The notes under the pieces were generated by a model. It did no database searches. It was not told where the DNA came from and saw only the letters and a list, made by a program, of their open reading frames with translations. A program made the position numbers and the translations under genes. Positions 1 through 10,893 of a stretch of DNA of 51,667 nt are shown here, one piece after another. The first letter of the stretch is position 1, and every line of letters starts with the position of its first letter. Source of the stretch: an uncultured Acidobacteriota bacterium (GTDB lineage: Bacteria; Acidobacteriota; Thermoanaerobaculia; UBA5066; DATFVB01). The DNA lies in contig CAWEYG010000011.1 in the NCBI GenBank assembly GCA_963813155.1, positions 1-51,667 of the forward strand, written 5' to 3'.

Positions 1-800
1 AGCGAATGGTTGTTCGTCCTTCACAAGAAGGTTCCGATGAATCTCCAAGCGGTCCGTCTTCGTCGTCGATCCCGCGGGCGCCTGCGACCTCTGGGACCTC
101 GGCGAGCCGCTCCAGAACCCGATCGTGACCAGGCAGGACAAGGAGTCGCCGCTGATGGCCCACGTCCGGCTCGACAACGTGATGATGCCCGAGGCCCGCA
201 AGCTCACGCTCAAGGCGAAGGCCCAGGTCCTGGCCGAGTCGCTGACCGGCGACCCCCTGCTCTGCGCCTTCGACCGCCCCGAGGGGCAAGGTGCTCGTCC
301 TGACCGTCGACCTCGACAAGAGCGACCTGCCGCTCCAGACCGCCTTCCCGATCCTGGTGAGCAACGCCCTGGCGTGGTTCACGGGAAGCCAGGGCGAGCT
401 GCGCGAGTCGCTCGCCACGGGCACGGTCACCGAGATCGAGCTGCCGGCGCCGAGCCAGGCCGAGCCAGGGCGAGCGGCTGCTCCGATCGCCCGACGGCCG
501 GAGCCGCCCCTTGCCCCGCGGCGCGTCCCGGGCGACGATCGGTCCGCTCGACCGCTGCGGCGTCTGGACGTCGTCACCGGCCCCGGACAGCGCCAAGCGA
601 CGTCCGGAGCTTGGAGCTGGCCTGCAACCTGGCCAGCTCGCCAGGAGAGCGACCTCCGGCCCGCCGCGGGGCTCGAGACGAGCGCGGCGCGGGCCGGGCG
701 GGCTTCGGCGGCCGGCCGGTCTGGTTCTACCTGATCGCGGCCGCCTGGGGCCTGGCCGGCGCTGGAGTGGTTCCTCTATCAACGCCGGTGGATCAGCTGA
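1..800 (+). CDS. 3' part of BatA/VWA-operon membrane protein (5'-truncated, frameshifted)
   Basis: Stitched frames give ...SPLMAHVRLDNV...VLVLTVDLDKSDLPLQTAFPILVSNALAWF...ELACNLAS.ESDLRP...VWFYLIAAAWGL..LEWFLYQRRWIS*. The SDLP..AFP.LV.N, ESDLR and terminal TM + EW motifs are typical of this family. Confidence 0.7.
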
Positions 801-801
801 T

Positions 802-3440
802 ATGCGCGATGCCTCGGATTCTCCTTCGAGCTGACACGGCCCGCTCTGGCTGCTGGGCCTGGTCGGCCTGCCGCTCCTCGTACTACTACTTCCGCCGCAG
901 CCTGGTCGATTTCGCGCGCTGGCAGAAGGCGGCGTCGCTCGCGCTGCGCGCGGCGATCGTGGTGCCTGCTGGTGCTGGCGCTGGCCGGCCTGACGCTCCT
1001 GAGCCCGACCCGCGAGCAGTTCGTCGTCTTCGCGATCGACCGGAGCCTGAGCGTCGGCGACGACTCGCGGAAGGCGGCCGAGGCGTACGTCGCGAAGGCC
1101 GCGGCGCAAGGCGGGCCGGAACCGGGTCGCGACCCTGCGCGTTCGCCGCCGAGCCGGGCGTCGTCCAGGGCGGCAACGAGCGAGCCCGAAACCGCCCGGC
1201 GAGCCGGCGCCGATCGACGACAGCGGGACCAACCTCGCCGCGGCCATCGAGGTCGCGGCGGCGGCGATCCCGCCGTTCTACGTCCCCCAGATCGTCCTCC
1301 TCACCGACGGCAACCAGACCGCCGGCGACGCCCTCAAGGCCGCGCTCCGCGCGGGGATGCCGATCTCGACCGTCCCGCTCGCAGACCCGCCACGACCCCG
1401 AGGTCCAGGTCTCGGCCGTGAACGTCCCGGCGCAGGTGCAGCAGGGCGAGCCGTTCAACGTCGAGGTCGTCATCGACTCGAACCACGACGACGAAGGGCG
1501 ACGATCGAGGTCTACCGCGGCCCGCATCAAGGTGGCCGTCCGAGCGGAAGAAGCTCAAGAAGGGGGAGAACCGGTTCCGCTTCCGCCAGACGATCGAGCA
1601 GGAGCGGCTCGCCACGTTCACCGCCCGGGCTGCGGGGGTTCCAGCGACACGCTGCTCGACAACAACAGCGACTTCGGCCTCGTCTTCACCTCGGGCAAGC
1701 CGCGGGTCCTGCTGATCGAGAGCGACCCCAAGCAGGCCAAGCGACCTGACCTGCGCCCTCGAGGAGCAGGACATGCAGGTCGACGTCCGCCCGCCCGCAG
1801 GGGATGCCCGACATCGCTGGCCGACCTGCAGAACTACGAGCTGCTGATCCTCTCGAACGTGCCGGCCACCGCGCTGACGCATCCGGCAGATGGAGGTGGC
1901 CCGGACCTACGTGCAGGACCTCGGCGGCGGCCTGATCATGCTCGGCGGCGACCAGTCGTTCGGCCTGGGCGGCTACTACAAGACGGCGCTCGAGGAGATC
2001 CTGCCGGTCCGGAGCGACTTCGAGAAGGAGAAGGAGAAGCCGAGCCTGGCGATGATGCTGGTGATCGACAAGTCGGGCTCGATGGGCGGCGAGAAGATCG
2101 AGATGGCCAAGGAGGCCGCCAAGGCGCGCGGTCGAGCTGCTCGGGCCCAGCGACAAGGTCGGCGTGCATCGCCTTCGAGGGCGAGACCTTCTGGGTCAGC
2201 GAGATGCACCCCTGCACCGACAAGGGCGTTCGTGCTCGACCGGATCGCCACGATCGAGGCCGGCGGCGGCACCGTGATGTACCCGGCGATGGAAGAGGCC
2301 TACGAGGCGCTCCAGCAAGACCGTCGCCAAGCTCAAGCACGTGATCATCCTGACCGACGGCATCTCGGCCCCCGGCGACTTCGAGGGGATCACGCAGGCG
2401 ATGGCCGCAGGCGCGGATCACGGTCTCGACCGTCGGCGTCGGCGAGCGGCGCCGACCAGAACCTGCTCGAGGAGATCGCCCGGATCGGCAACGGCCGCTA
2501 CTACTTCGCCGACGACCCGGCCGCGATCCCGCAGATCTTCGCCAAGGAGACCGTGACGGCCAGCAAGTCGGCGATCAACGAGCAGCCGTTCACGCCCGCA
2601 GGTCGTCCGGCCGACCCAGGTCCTCGCCGAGATCGACTTCGACGCGGCCCCGTTCCTGCTGGGCTACGTCGTGACCCGCCCCAAGCCGACGAGCGAGGTG
2701 ATCCTGGCGACCGAGACCGGCGACCCGCTCGCTGGCCTGGTGGCGCTACGGCCTGGGCATGAGCGTGGCGTTCACCTCCGACGCCAAGCCGCGCTGGGCC
2801 GCCGAGTGGCTCTCCTGGCCGGGCTTCGGCAAGTTCTGGGCGCAGGTCGTCCGCCACGCGATGCGCAAGGCCGAGGCCAAGGGCGTCGTCGTCCAGGTCG
2901 ACCACAAGGACCGGCACGGCCGTCGTCACGCTCGACGCCGATCGACCCGTCCGGCCAGTTCCTCAACGACGCCGACGACCGAGCTGACCGTCATCGACCC
3001 GCAGCTCGGCAACGCGGAAGCTCGCGATGACCCAGACCGCCCCCGGCCGCTACCAGGCCGAGTTCGACACGCCGCACGCCGGGCTCCTACCACCTCGAGT
3101 TCACCCAGAAGCACGGGCGGCCAGGTGCTCAGCCAGCAGTCGCGCGGCCTGGCCGTCGGCTACCCCGACGAGCTCCGGCTCCGGCCGACGAACACCGGAC
3201 CTGCTCCGGTCGGTCGCGCAGGATCTCGGGCGGCCGGTTCGACCCGCCGCCCGAGGCGCGTCTTCGCCGCCGCCGCGAACTGCCGGCCGCGGGCCACGCC
3301 GCTCTGGCCGTACCTGGTCGCCGCCGCCGCGCTGCTGTTCGTCGCCGACGTCGCACTCCGCCGGATCGACCTGGCACGACTCGCTGGCGACGAATTCGCG
3401 ACGGATTTCCGTTCCCCCGCGCGCCCGCTTGATCGTACAA
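802..3440 (+). CDS. Double-VWA membrane protein with Ig-like and glutamine-amidotransferase-like domains (multiple frameshifts)
   Basis: N-terminal TM pair; MIDAS-like DRSLS...TDGN and DKSGS...TDG; [40 protein letters not shown]; C-terminal [18 protein letters not shown]. End approximate. Confidence 0.8.
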
Positions 3441-3545
3441 TCGTAACGAAATCGTGCACAGGGCTGTCGCAGTGTGCGGACGGCATCGCTCGGTCACGTC
3501 GCTCACACGTCGGTCCAATTCCAGCCGAGAACGAGGGCGGGGCCA

Positions 3546-5074
3546 TGACGGGAGCGGATCTATCCAGCGGTTGCAGGCCGGTGCGCCGCCGGCAGCTCGG
3601 CCCGAGGCTGACGCTGGGCGACGGCCGCTCGGGCTGCTCGTCAGCTCGCTCGGCCGGGATCGGCCTGGGCGTCTGGCACTGGCTGGCCGCCGGTGCCGGT
3701 CTCGCCGGGCCTGGCGGTTGCGCGATCCTGCTGGCCGGCCCGCTGCTCGGGGCGTCTCTCGGCCTCGCTCCGGCGTCCGCGGCTGGCACGCGGCGGCGGC
3801 GGCCGTCGACGCCGCGTACGGGCTCAAGGACCGCTCCGCCACCGCGCTCGACTTCCTCGACACGGCCGCAGACCTCGACCCTGCACGCAGCTGCAGATCG
3901 ACGACGCCGACGCACCATCTGGACCACGGTCGAGCCCGCCGACGGTCGCCCCGTTCCGCATGCCCCGGCCCCTGCCGTACGCGCTCGGCCGCGCTCGCCG
4001 TCGCGCTCGGCGCTGCTCTGCCTGGCCCCAGGCCGAGCCGGCGGTCAAGGCCGCGCCCGCGCCGCCGCTGCCCGCGGTCGTGGCCCAGGCCGAGCGAATC
4101 GAGGAGGACCTGAAGCAGCTCGACGAGCTCGCCGAAGACGAGCGAACGACAAGGAGCTCGAGAAGCTGGTCGAGGAGCTCCGCGAGAAGGTCGAGGAGCT
4201 GAAGCAGCCGGGCGTCGACGTCACGGAGGCGCTGGCCAAGCTCTCCGAGATGCAGGCGGCGATCGCCGCGCAGCAGGCCCAGTACAACGTCGGCCTGGTC
4301 GACGCCCAGCTTCAGTCGCTGGGCGACGCGATGGTCCCCGCCGACGTCGCTCGAGGCCGCCGGCAAGGCCTTCAGCGAAGCGAAGTTCGACAAGGCCGCC
4401 GAGAAGCTCGAGACGCATCGAGCACCCGCCGCTCGACCGCAAGGAAGCCAAGGCCGTCGAGGAGAAGCTGAAGCAGGTCGCCAAGCAGATGGGCGAGGTC
4501 GGCCTCGGCCAGCTCGGCGAGGCCGCCGTCCGAGATGGCCGAGGGGCTCAAGGAGGGGCACAAGGGCAAGTTCAAGAAGGGACGCGAAGAGCTCGCCAAG
4601 CTCGCCAAGGGCCACGGCAGCCGCACGCAAGATCAAGGAAATCCTCGACATCGAGCTCGCAGAGCCTCTCCGAGTGCAAGGGCGAGTGCCAGAGCGACAA
4701 GACCGCCCGGATCCGCATGCCCGACGAAGTCGGACAGCCCGAAGGAGACTTGGGGCGCGGGCATCAGCGGCAACGTCTTCGGGCGAAGACCGACCTCAAG
4801 GCCGAACGCGCGAGCTCAAGGAGATCACCGGCAAGCCCGGCGACGGCCCGTCCGAGATCGAGACGACCCACTCGCCCGAAGGCCGGCAGACGGCCGCCCG
4901 CGGGTATCGCGAGATGCGTACCAGAAGTACCGCAAGATGTCCGAGGCCGTGCTCGACAGCGAGCCGATCCCCCTCGGCCATCGCCAGACGATCCGCCGCT
5001 ACTTCGAGCTGATCCGGCCCCAGAACTCGGATCGGGATGGAAGTGCGGCGGTGAAGTCGGCGAAAGCTCCCTGA
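3546..5074 (+). CDS. Membrane-anchored coiled-coil protein (DUF4175-like) of VWA operon, frameshifted
   Basis: N-terminal TM helices, [10 protein letters not shown] motif, long E/K/Q/A helical region, C-terminal [20 protein letters not shown]. Confidence 0.65.
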
Positions 5075-5137
5075 ACAGAGGTCGAGGCGCGCCGCGCAAT
5101 CAGCTCCCCGATCAGCTCGCCCGTCTCGATCGGGAGC

Positions 5138-5218
5138 GTCGGGTGCCACTGGTGGCTTGTCCACCAGTGCAGGTTGAGCCCCGGGACACTGGTGGGCAAG
5201 CCACCAGTGGCACCCGAC
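5138..5218. repeat. REP-like inverted doublet (32-bp arms, 1 mismatch, 17-nt spacer)
   Basis: gtcgggtgccactggtggcttgtccaccagtg (5138-5169) versus cactggtgggcaagccaccagtggcacccgac (5187-5218); each arm is itself a hairpin; lies between convergent genes. Confidence 0.85.
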
Positions 5219-5259
5219 AGCCCACCTCGTACTGACATCCCAAGAATTGTTTATACGTT

Positions 5260-6623
5260 CTAGCCGATCAGCTCGCGGATCGGCTCGCCCTTCTCGATCA
5301 GGTAGGTCGGCCGCCCGGTCCGGTCCTCGAAGGTGACCGAGCGGGCGTCGATGCCCAGGTGGTGGTAGACCGTCGCGGCCACGTCCTGCGGGCTGATCGG
5401 CCGGTCGACGACGTGCTCGCCCCGCTCGCTGCTGCGGCCGATCACCTGGCCCATCCTCATCGAGCCGCAGCCCATCAGGACGCTGAAGGTGTTGCCCCAG
5501 TGGTCGCGGCCGGCGTCCTTGTTCATCCGCGGGGTGCGGCCGAACTCGCCCATCGCCACGACCAGCGTCGAGTCGTACAGGCCGCGCTCGATCAGGTCGT
5601 CGATCAGCGCGGCGATGGCCCGGTCGAGCGGCGGGATGAGCTTCTTGGCCCCCTCCTCGGTCTTGAGCTGCGGGGCGGTGCCGTGGTGGTCCCAGGGGAC
5701 GCAGTTGACCGTGACGAACGGCGTGCCCGCCTCGACCAGCCGGCGGGCCAGCAGGGCGCTCTGGCCGAAGGTGTGGCGGCCGTAGCGGTCGCGGAGCCGC
5801 GGGTCCTCGGCGGCGATGTCGAAGGCCGCGGCCACGCTCCTGGCCGGTGAGCATCTCGAAGGCGCGCTGGTAATAGGCGTCGAGGTCGCGGAGCTTCGGG
5901 TCGGCCTCGCGGCGGACCTGGTCCATCGCCGCCGAGCACGCGGCGGCGATCCTCCAGGCGGTCGAGCGACACGCCGCTCGGGCAGCGTCAGGTTCTTGAC
6001 CCGGAACTTCGGGTCGTTCGGGTCGGACTCGACGACGAACGGGTTGGCGCCGCCGCCGAGATAGGCCGCGTAGTGGAAGAGGTTGTCGGTCCCGCCCCGG
6101 AGGTTCGGCACGGCGACGTACGGGGGCATGCCCGGGCCGCCGGGCGCCTTGCAGCCGGGCCACGGCCGAGCCCATCGACGGGCCGGCGCTGGATCGGTGT
6201 TGTCGGGGGCGTTGAAGGCCGGGCCTTCGTAGCCGGTGAGCATCCAGTGGTTGCCCTTGGTGTGGTCGCCCGTGCCGTGGTTGACCGTGCGGAGGATCGC
6301 CAGCCGGTCCATCCGCCGCGCCTGCTCGGGCAGCAGCTCGCCGAAGTGGACCCCGGGCACGCTCGTGGCGATCGCGCCGAACGGGCCGCGGAACCCGCCG
6401 GGGCGTCGGGCTTGGGGTCCCAGGTCTCCATGTGGCCCGGCCCGCCGCTGAGCCAGAACAGGATGACGCTCCGCGGGGCGCGGCTCGGCGCCGCCGCCGC
6501 TGGCCCGGAGCCGCAGCAAGTCGGGCAGCGCCAGGCCGCCGAGCCCGAGCACCCCGGCCTGGAGGAAGCTCCGCCGCGTCGCCCGTCGCAATCGCGGGCC
6601 GCGCCGCCGAAGACCCTGAACAT
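5260..6623 (-). CDS. DUF1501 domain protein (frameshifted)
   Basis: TRRSFLQAGVLGLGGLALPDLL, SVILFWLSGGPGHMETWDPKP, RYGRHTFGQSALLARRLVEAG, WDHH, GEFGRTP, GRDHW, C-terminal GEPIRELI. Confidence 0.9.
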
Positions 6624-6748
6624 GGGCGAAATCCTCCGGTCAGCGCGGGTCTAAGTAAGTAAGGTCGGCGACTCCGCGAAGATTGTCAAGTCCGAGGCCG
6701 CGAGCGTGGTGTCCTAATCTGGTGGATTGTTCGCAGAATTTGAGGGCC

Positions 6749-6833
6749 GGGTGGCATGCCCACGCTCGTCGTGGGCATGTGCCTTGGCGCGAAGCCTTCA
6801 AACATGCCCACGACGAGCGTGGGCATGCCACCC
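6749..6833. repeat. REP-like inverted doublet (perfect 32-bp arms, 21-nt spacer)
   Basis: gggtggcatgcccacgctcgtcgtgggcatgt (6749-6780) is the reverse complement of acatgcccacgacgagcgtgggcatgccaccc (6802-6833); internal 10-bp hairpin in each arm. Confidence 0.9.
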
Positions 6834-6963
6834 AACTACCGGAGAATCCCGGGTTTTCGAGCCCTTTTGGCCGATTGGCGTGGACCGTCGGCGCGCAAAG
6901 CGTTGGCAACCGGCGGCGAGATCGCGGATCATGGAGGGGGCCGATTGACCGAGGGCGCTGCTG

Positions 6964-8287
6964 ATGTTCCGCGTCAAGGAATCCGACATTCCGGCATCGC
7001 TGGGCGCTGTGGCCTGGTTGGTTGCCGCGTCGCTGGGCTTGTCGTGGATGATCAGTCTCATACTGGCGGTTTTCGGGGGAGGCGCGCCGGCCAACGGGTT
7101 CACGCCCGCCGGACTCTCCGTGGCGCTGGCGGTTTTGATCTCAACGGCGATCGGCGCGTTTGCGTGGCTCTGGCGGCGGAGCGTCGTCAGCCAGCGGGCG
7201 CTTCGGGAGGTCAAGATCCTGGCGCACGACATCCTTGCGAGCATGGACCAGGGAGTCATCACGACCGACACGGCCGCGATCATCACCAGCATCAATACCG
7301 GGGCGATGAACCTGCTGGGGGTCGGCGAGGAGTACGTGGGTGGTCCTTTAAGCCACCTTGCGACGGGCGACATGCCGCTCGATGCGATCTGCCTCCGTGT
7401 GGCGCGCCGCACCGAAGCTCCGCGACACACGAGTACACCATCAACCGCGGCGGTCAGACGCAGCGCTGATCGTCTCGGCGACCGTGTTGAGGGACACGAA
7501 CGGCCGGTCGCTCGGGTGCGTGATCCACCTGCGCGACGTGACCGAGCGTCTGCTGATGAAGGAACAGATGTGGCGGATGGAGCGGTTCGCCAGCCTGAGC
7601 ACGCTGGCCACGGGGCTCCACCACGAGATCAAGAACCCGCTAACGGCGCTGAGCATCCACGTCCAGCTCCTCGAGGAACGGCTCCGCGAGCCGCGGCCGT
7701 CGGAGCCGGTCGATGAGCTGATCGGCGTGCTGAAGTCGGAGGTGATCCGGCTCAACGGAGTGCTCGAGAGCTTCCGCGACTTCGCCAGCCTCCAGCGCCT
7801 CAGTCGACGGCCGACCGACGTTGTCGAGGTCCTCGACGATCTGACTCGCCTGATCCGTCCCCAGGCCGAGGGACAGGGCGTCCGGATGTTCGTCGAACGC
7901 CGAGGCATGGACTTCCCCGGGTCCCGCTCGACGCCGAGAAGTTCAAGGAGGCGGTCCTCAACCTGGTGGTCAACGCCCTGGAGGCGATGCCCGGCGGCGG
8001 CGAGCTCACACTGACCGCGTTCGCCATCGACGAAGCATTCGGGTCGAGGTCGCGACACCGGGCCGGGAATCCCCGCCAACCTGCGCGACGACCTGTTCAA
8101 GCCCTACTTCTCGACCAAGCGCCGCGGGACCGGGATGGGCCTGGCCCTGGTCGAGAAGATCGTCAGCCAGCACGGCGGCCAGGTCGCGTATCGGGACCGG
8201 GCCGAGGGGACGACGTTCCGCCTCCGCCTCCCCCTCGACCCCGGCGTCGAGATCGCAAGCGGCGCCGGGGTGGAGGCCGCGACGTGA
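6964..8287 (+). CDS. PAS-domain sensor histidine kinase (frameshifted)
   Basis: Two TM helices, PAS-like ILASMDQGVITTD, H-box LATGLHHEIKNPL, N-box LNLVVNALEAM, DTGPGI and GTGMGL boxes. Confidence 0.9.
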
Positions 8288-9788
8288 CCGCCCGCGCGTT
8301 CCGCATCCTGATCGTCGACGACGAGCCGAACATCCGCGCCGGCCTCGCTCGCGGACTGGCCCAGGCGACCTACGAGGTCTCGACGGCCGCCGACGCCGAC
8401 GAGGCCTGGCCGCTCTTCGAGCGGACGCCCCCTCACCTGGTCATCACCGACCTGAAGATGCCGGGCACGCTCTCCGGGCTCGACCTGATCCGCGGGATCA
8501 AGCAGGATCGGCCGGAGACCCTGATCTCGTGATCACCGCCCACGGCACGATCGAGACGGCCGTCGAGGCGATGCGGCTGGGCGCCCACGACTACATCGCC
8601 AAGCCGGTCGACCTCGACATGCTGCGGCTCCAGGTCCGCAAGGCCTTCGAGCACCACCGCCTGCGGGAGGAGAACCGCGAGCTCCGCGACCGCCTGGCCG
8701 CGCTGGCGAGTTCCCCGAGATGATCGGCCAGAGCCCCGCGATGGCTTCCCTGATCGCCCGATCCGCCAGGTCGCCGACACCGACGTCACGGTGCTGATCC
8801 AGGGCGAGAGCGGCACGGGCAAGGAACTCGTCGCCCGGGCCATCCACCACCTGAGCACCGCCACGGCGGGCCGTTCGTCGCCGTCAACATCGGGGCCCTG
8901 CCCGAGACGCTCATCGAGAGCGAGCTGTTCGGCTACGAGAAGGGGGCCTTCAGCGGCGCCCACCGCCAGAAGGCCGGCTGGTTCGAGATGGCGCAAGGCG
9001 GCACGCTGTTCCTCGACGAGGTCGGCGAGATGCTCCCCAAGACCCAGGTCGACCTGCTCCGCGTGCTCGAGCAGCGCGAGGTGCGCCGGCTCGGCGGCGA
9101 ACGAGTCGTTCCGCTCGACGTCCGGCTCGTGGTCGCGACTCACCAGGACGTCGACGAGCTGGTCGCGAAGGGAAGGCTCCGCGAGGACCTGTACTACCGC
9201 CTCAACGTCGTCCCGCTGCGCGTGCCCCCCCTGCGCGAGCGGCGGACGACATCCCGCTGCTCGTCGAGCACTTCCTGGAATGGGCCCGGCTCCGCCACCG
9301 CCAGGGCGAGGAACCGAAGCAGGTCGCCGGCGCCGCCATGCGATCCTCTGCGACTACTCCTGGCCGGGCAACGTCCGCCAGCTCCGCAACTGATGGAACG
9401 GCTCGTCGTGACCGTCGAAGGCCCGGTGATCCACGCCGACGATCTCCCCGCCGAGATGCGAAGCTGGAGCCACGTCCCCCATCAAGGGGGAGGGACCTGG
9501 CCCCCGAGCCTGAACGACGCACCACCGCGGCGCGTCGTGACCCTCGACGCGGCGGTCGCCGAGGCCGAGAAGGCCGCCATCCTCGCCGCGCTCGCCGAGT
9601 GCAACCACCACCGCGAACGCACCGCCCAGGCCCTCGGAATCAGCGTCCGCACCCTCCACTACAAGCTGAACCGCCACATGATGTGCATCGGCCTGCGATC
9701 TCTGCGGCATCTCGGCGTGATTCTGCAAGAGCTTGCAGATGAGCCACGTGGCCATTGCGAAGCGATCACTTCCGGCCTCGATGGCTAA
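8284..9788 (+). CDS. Sigma54-dependent response regulator (NtrC/AtoC family, frameshifted)
   Basis: ILIVDDE receiver, [55 protein letters not shown], Fis-type HTH. True end may be nearer 9690. Confidence 0.9.
9722..9739. promoter_or_regulatory. Candidate enhancer (bEBP binding) palindrome
   Basis: TCTGCAAG-AG-CTTGCAGA perfect inverted repeat about 100 bp upstream of the candidate -24 element. Confidence 0.5.
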
Positions 9789-9839
9789 ACCCCTGTCATC
9801 GTGTTTCTTAGAGCAAACCGATCAGGGGCGGATCAGTCG

Positions 9840-9855
9840 TGGCATCGCGAATGCA
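9840..9855 (+). promoter_or_regulatory. Candidate sigma54 -24/-12 promoter
   Basis: TGGCATCGCGAATGCA fits GG-N10-GC, directly downstream of a sigma54 activator gene. Confidence 0.6.
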
Positions 9856-10893
9856 ATGCTGCTGCCGAGGCCGGTTGTGCACAACGCGATTCCAGCGTGC
9901 GTCTCTGACGATTCCTCGTCAGTCCTCTCCCATTCAGAAACGGGGTTGATGAGCATGAACTCGATTCTTCGGGCCTGGTTTCCGAAGTCAAGGTTCTGTC
10001 CATTTGCCAGAATCTCCAGAGGCTTCTGTGCAGAAGCCAAGGTCCTGTTCAGCCGAACTCGCTGGAAAGCGGTGAGCATGAGCTTCGCGCCGATCAGCCT
10101 GAGCGTTGTTTCCAGTTCGGCGGCTGATCCCGATCGTGAACTGCAGAAGCTCAGCCTGACTTGGATGAAATGACCTCCCCCCGGCGCGGCCCCCGCCCGC
10201 CGTTTAGATTCCCCGATGTCCGGACCATTCGCCCGATGACCCAGATATCACTCTGCTGGTCGCTGTGCTTCTTCTGGTCTCCTCGATTGCGGCGCCGACC
10301 GGGCAATCCACGCGATCGATCGTGCTCGCGCCATCGGCAGAATCGCGGCTCGAACGAGGACTCCGGTCTGTCGTTGTCGACCCCGGCGTGGCCGGAAGTT
10401 CCTACTGACGACCTCGTTCGTACGAGAAGGCCTCCGAGGAAGAAGTTCGACGCGTTTCGGTGATGATCCACCTCACGAGTTCGTGGTTGGTTTCCTCTCC
10501 CCTTGAATCGATTCAGCTCCCTCTGGTCGTCCGCCTTGTCTCTGGGTTCGCCCCGCCCGAAGTCCGCCTGCCATCTAGCGATCCTCACTGACCAGGAACC
10601 CGACAGACGCCATGAGTGCAGTCCGTCCCTGAGTGGAGATTGCAGCGCCGCACTCTCTCCCCCCATCAGACCCGGCGAAGACGCGTTTGAATCGTTGACG
10701 GACGTGGACTTGCTTGCGGTCGTCCCGTTCACGGCGGGTTTCCCCCACCCGCCAGCCCGCCCGAAACCCGCGTGAACCCGGACTACACGCTCCGCACGTG
10801 CGACCTATTCTCCCGGCGGTTGCGCGTTGAGCTGCGAGCGGAAATGGACTTCTCCCGGACGCATAACCCGATGATGGGAGGAGAGAGAAACCC

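Noticed and set aside
5138-6833. CRISPR array
   Set aside because: Repeats are inverted pairs rather than direct repeats with spacers, and no cas genes are present.
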